NCBI GenBank assembly: GCA_031362565.1
Contig: JANLSU010000023.1
Coordinates: 1-20,358 of the forward strand
Length of the DNA stretch: 20,358 bases
Reading direction: 5' to 3'
Source: a bacterium
Lineage (GTDB): Bacteria > Krumholzibacteriota > Krumholzibacteriia > G020349025
Shown here: in pieces, positions 19,665 to 20,358 of the stretch
Layout: each line of letters begins with the position of its first letter
Numbering within the stretch: the first letter of the stretch is position 1
Position numbers and translations under genes: made by a program
Notes under the pieces: generated by a model
Told to the model about the DNA's origin: nothing
Databases searched by the model: none
Seen by the model: the letters and a program-made list of their open reading frames with translations, nothing else

Positions 19665-20339
19665 TCATGTGGATGGTGGTGGACAGCCGCCGCAGTCGGC
19701 GCCCGCGCCGCACTCGAACTCACCTTCGTCGTCCTCGGCGGCGAGACCGCGATAGGCTGCAGGCGCCGGACCAGTGCGAGCCGCGAGCGCCTGCGTCGCG
19801 AGCACCAGGTACGGCACCGCAGCGCCCGACTCGACCCGCCCGGCCATGGGTTCGACGAAGCACTGCAGATGGTCGTGCACGAAACGTCCGAATCCGGACA
19901 CGGCGATTTGTGCGGCTTCGATGTCGCCTTGGGCGCGCGCGAAAGCCTCCTTGAGCAGCAAGTAGCCGGCGAATCCCGCCTCCACCGCCACGTGATCGAT
20001 CGGATCCTCCGCCTGCGGCCGGTACGCGAAGGCAGTATAGAATGCGTTCAAATCCGCGAGGATCTGACCCGGGTCTTCGCGGCCGCGATATGCCACCTCG
20101 CGCGGCGACACGAGCCCGCCGGGGCCGAAGACGTCGAGATGGATGGCCTCACGGGCTTGCTGCAAGGCCTCGGCGGCGGCCGCCTTCACGTCCGCGGCCT
20201 CGACTTCACGTTCGAGGGCCGTGACCTCTTCGAGCCAGCCGGGGCGCGGCCGCTCGAGCAAGAGTCCCAGCAGTCGCCACTCCGCAGCGACCGCGAGAAT
20301 GCGCCGGCAGTCCGGCGCCGTCGCCATCGTCGCGTTCAT
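19665..20339 (-). CDS. TorD/DmsD/NarJ-family molybdoenzyme maturation chaperone
   Basis: Helical protein with LLERP, VSPREVAY, LADLNAFYTAFAY, EDPIDHVAVE (E/P-x-DH motif), FVHDHL; SD GGAGGT upstream of ATG 20339. Confidence 0.85.
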   Translation of the reverse strand: MNATMATAPDCRRILAVAAEWRLLGLLLERPRPGWLEEVTALEREVEAADVKAAAAEALQQAREAIHLDVFGPGGLVSPREVAYRGREDPGQILADLNAFYTAFAYRPQAEDPIDHVAVEAGFAGYLLLKEAFARAQGDIEAAQIAVSGFGRFVHDHLQCFVEPMAGRVESGAAVPYLVLATQALAARTGPAPAAYRGLAAEDDEGEFECGAGADCGGCPPPST

Positions 20340-20358
20340 GATGCACCTCCCAGTGCCA
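20336..20358 (-). CDS. Possible 3' end of the upstream operon gene (partial, unidentifiable)
   Basis: Minus strand reads gca ctg gga ggt gca tca TGA (ALGGAS*), and this TGA overlaps the chaperone ATG (ATGA), the same coupling seen at preT/sdhC. Confidence 0.35.

Overview
High-GC bacterial genomic window, densely coding, with no rRNA, tRNA, CRISPR array or recognisable mobile element. Left to right: the 5'-truncated end of a large FG-GAP-repeat/Ig-like protein with a C-terminal FlgD-like (T9SS CTD-like) domain (+); a secreted S9A prolyl oligopeptidase (-); a tightly coupled operon of an orphan PreT/GltD-like Fe-S flavoprotein plus sdhCAB (+); a U32 (RlhA-like) Fe-S protein followed by a class I SAM methyltransferase (-); a divergent DUF72 gene (+); a short P-domain-like gene relic; a secreted dienelactone hydrolase (-); a second FlgD-CTD protein without a signal peptide (-); a nitronate-monooxygenase-family flavoprotein with a Cys-rich C-terminal motif (+); and the tail of a probable molybdoenzyme operon (TorD/NarJ-like chaperone plus alginate-export-family porin, -). 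The FlgD-type CTDs, outer-membrane porin and type-B SQR suggest a diderm of the FCB-affiliated candidate phyla (inference only). No unmistakably novel system is visible. The best leads are the PreT-like gene coupled to sdhCAB without preA, the DNA-homogenised FG-GAP array with variable loops, and the U32/methyltransferase pair. All assignments come from motif recognition by eye; no searches were run.
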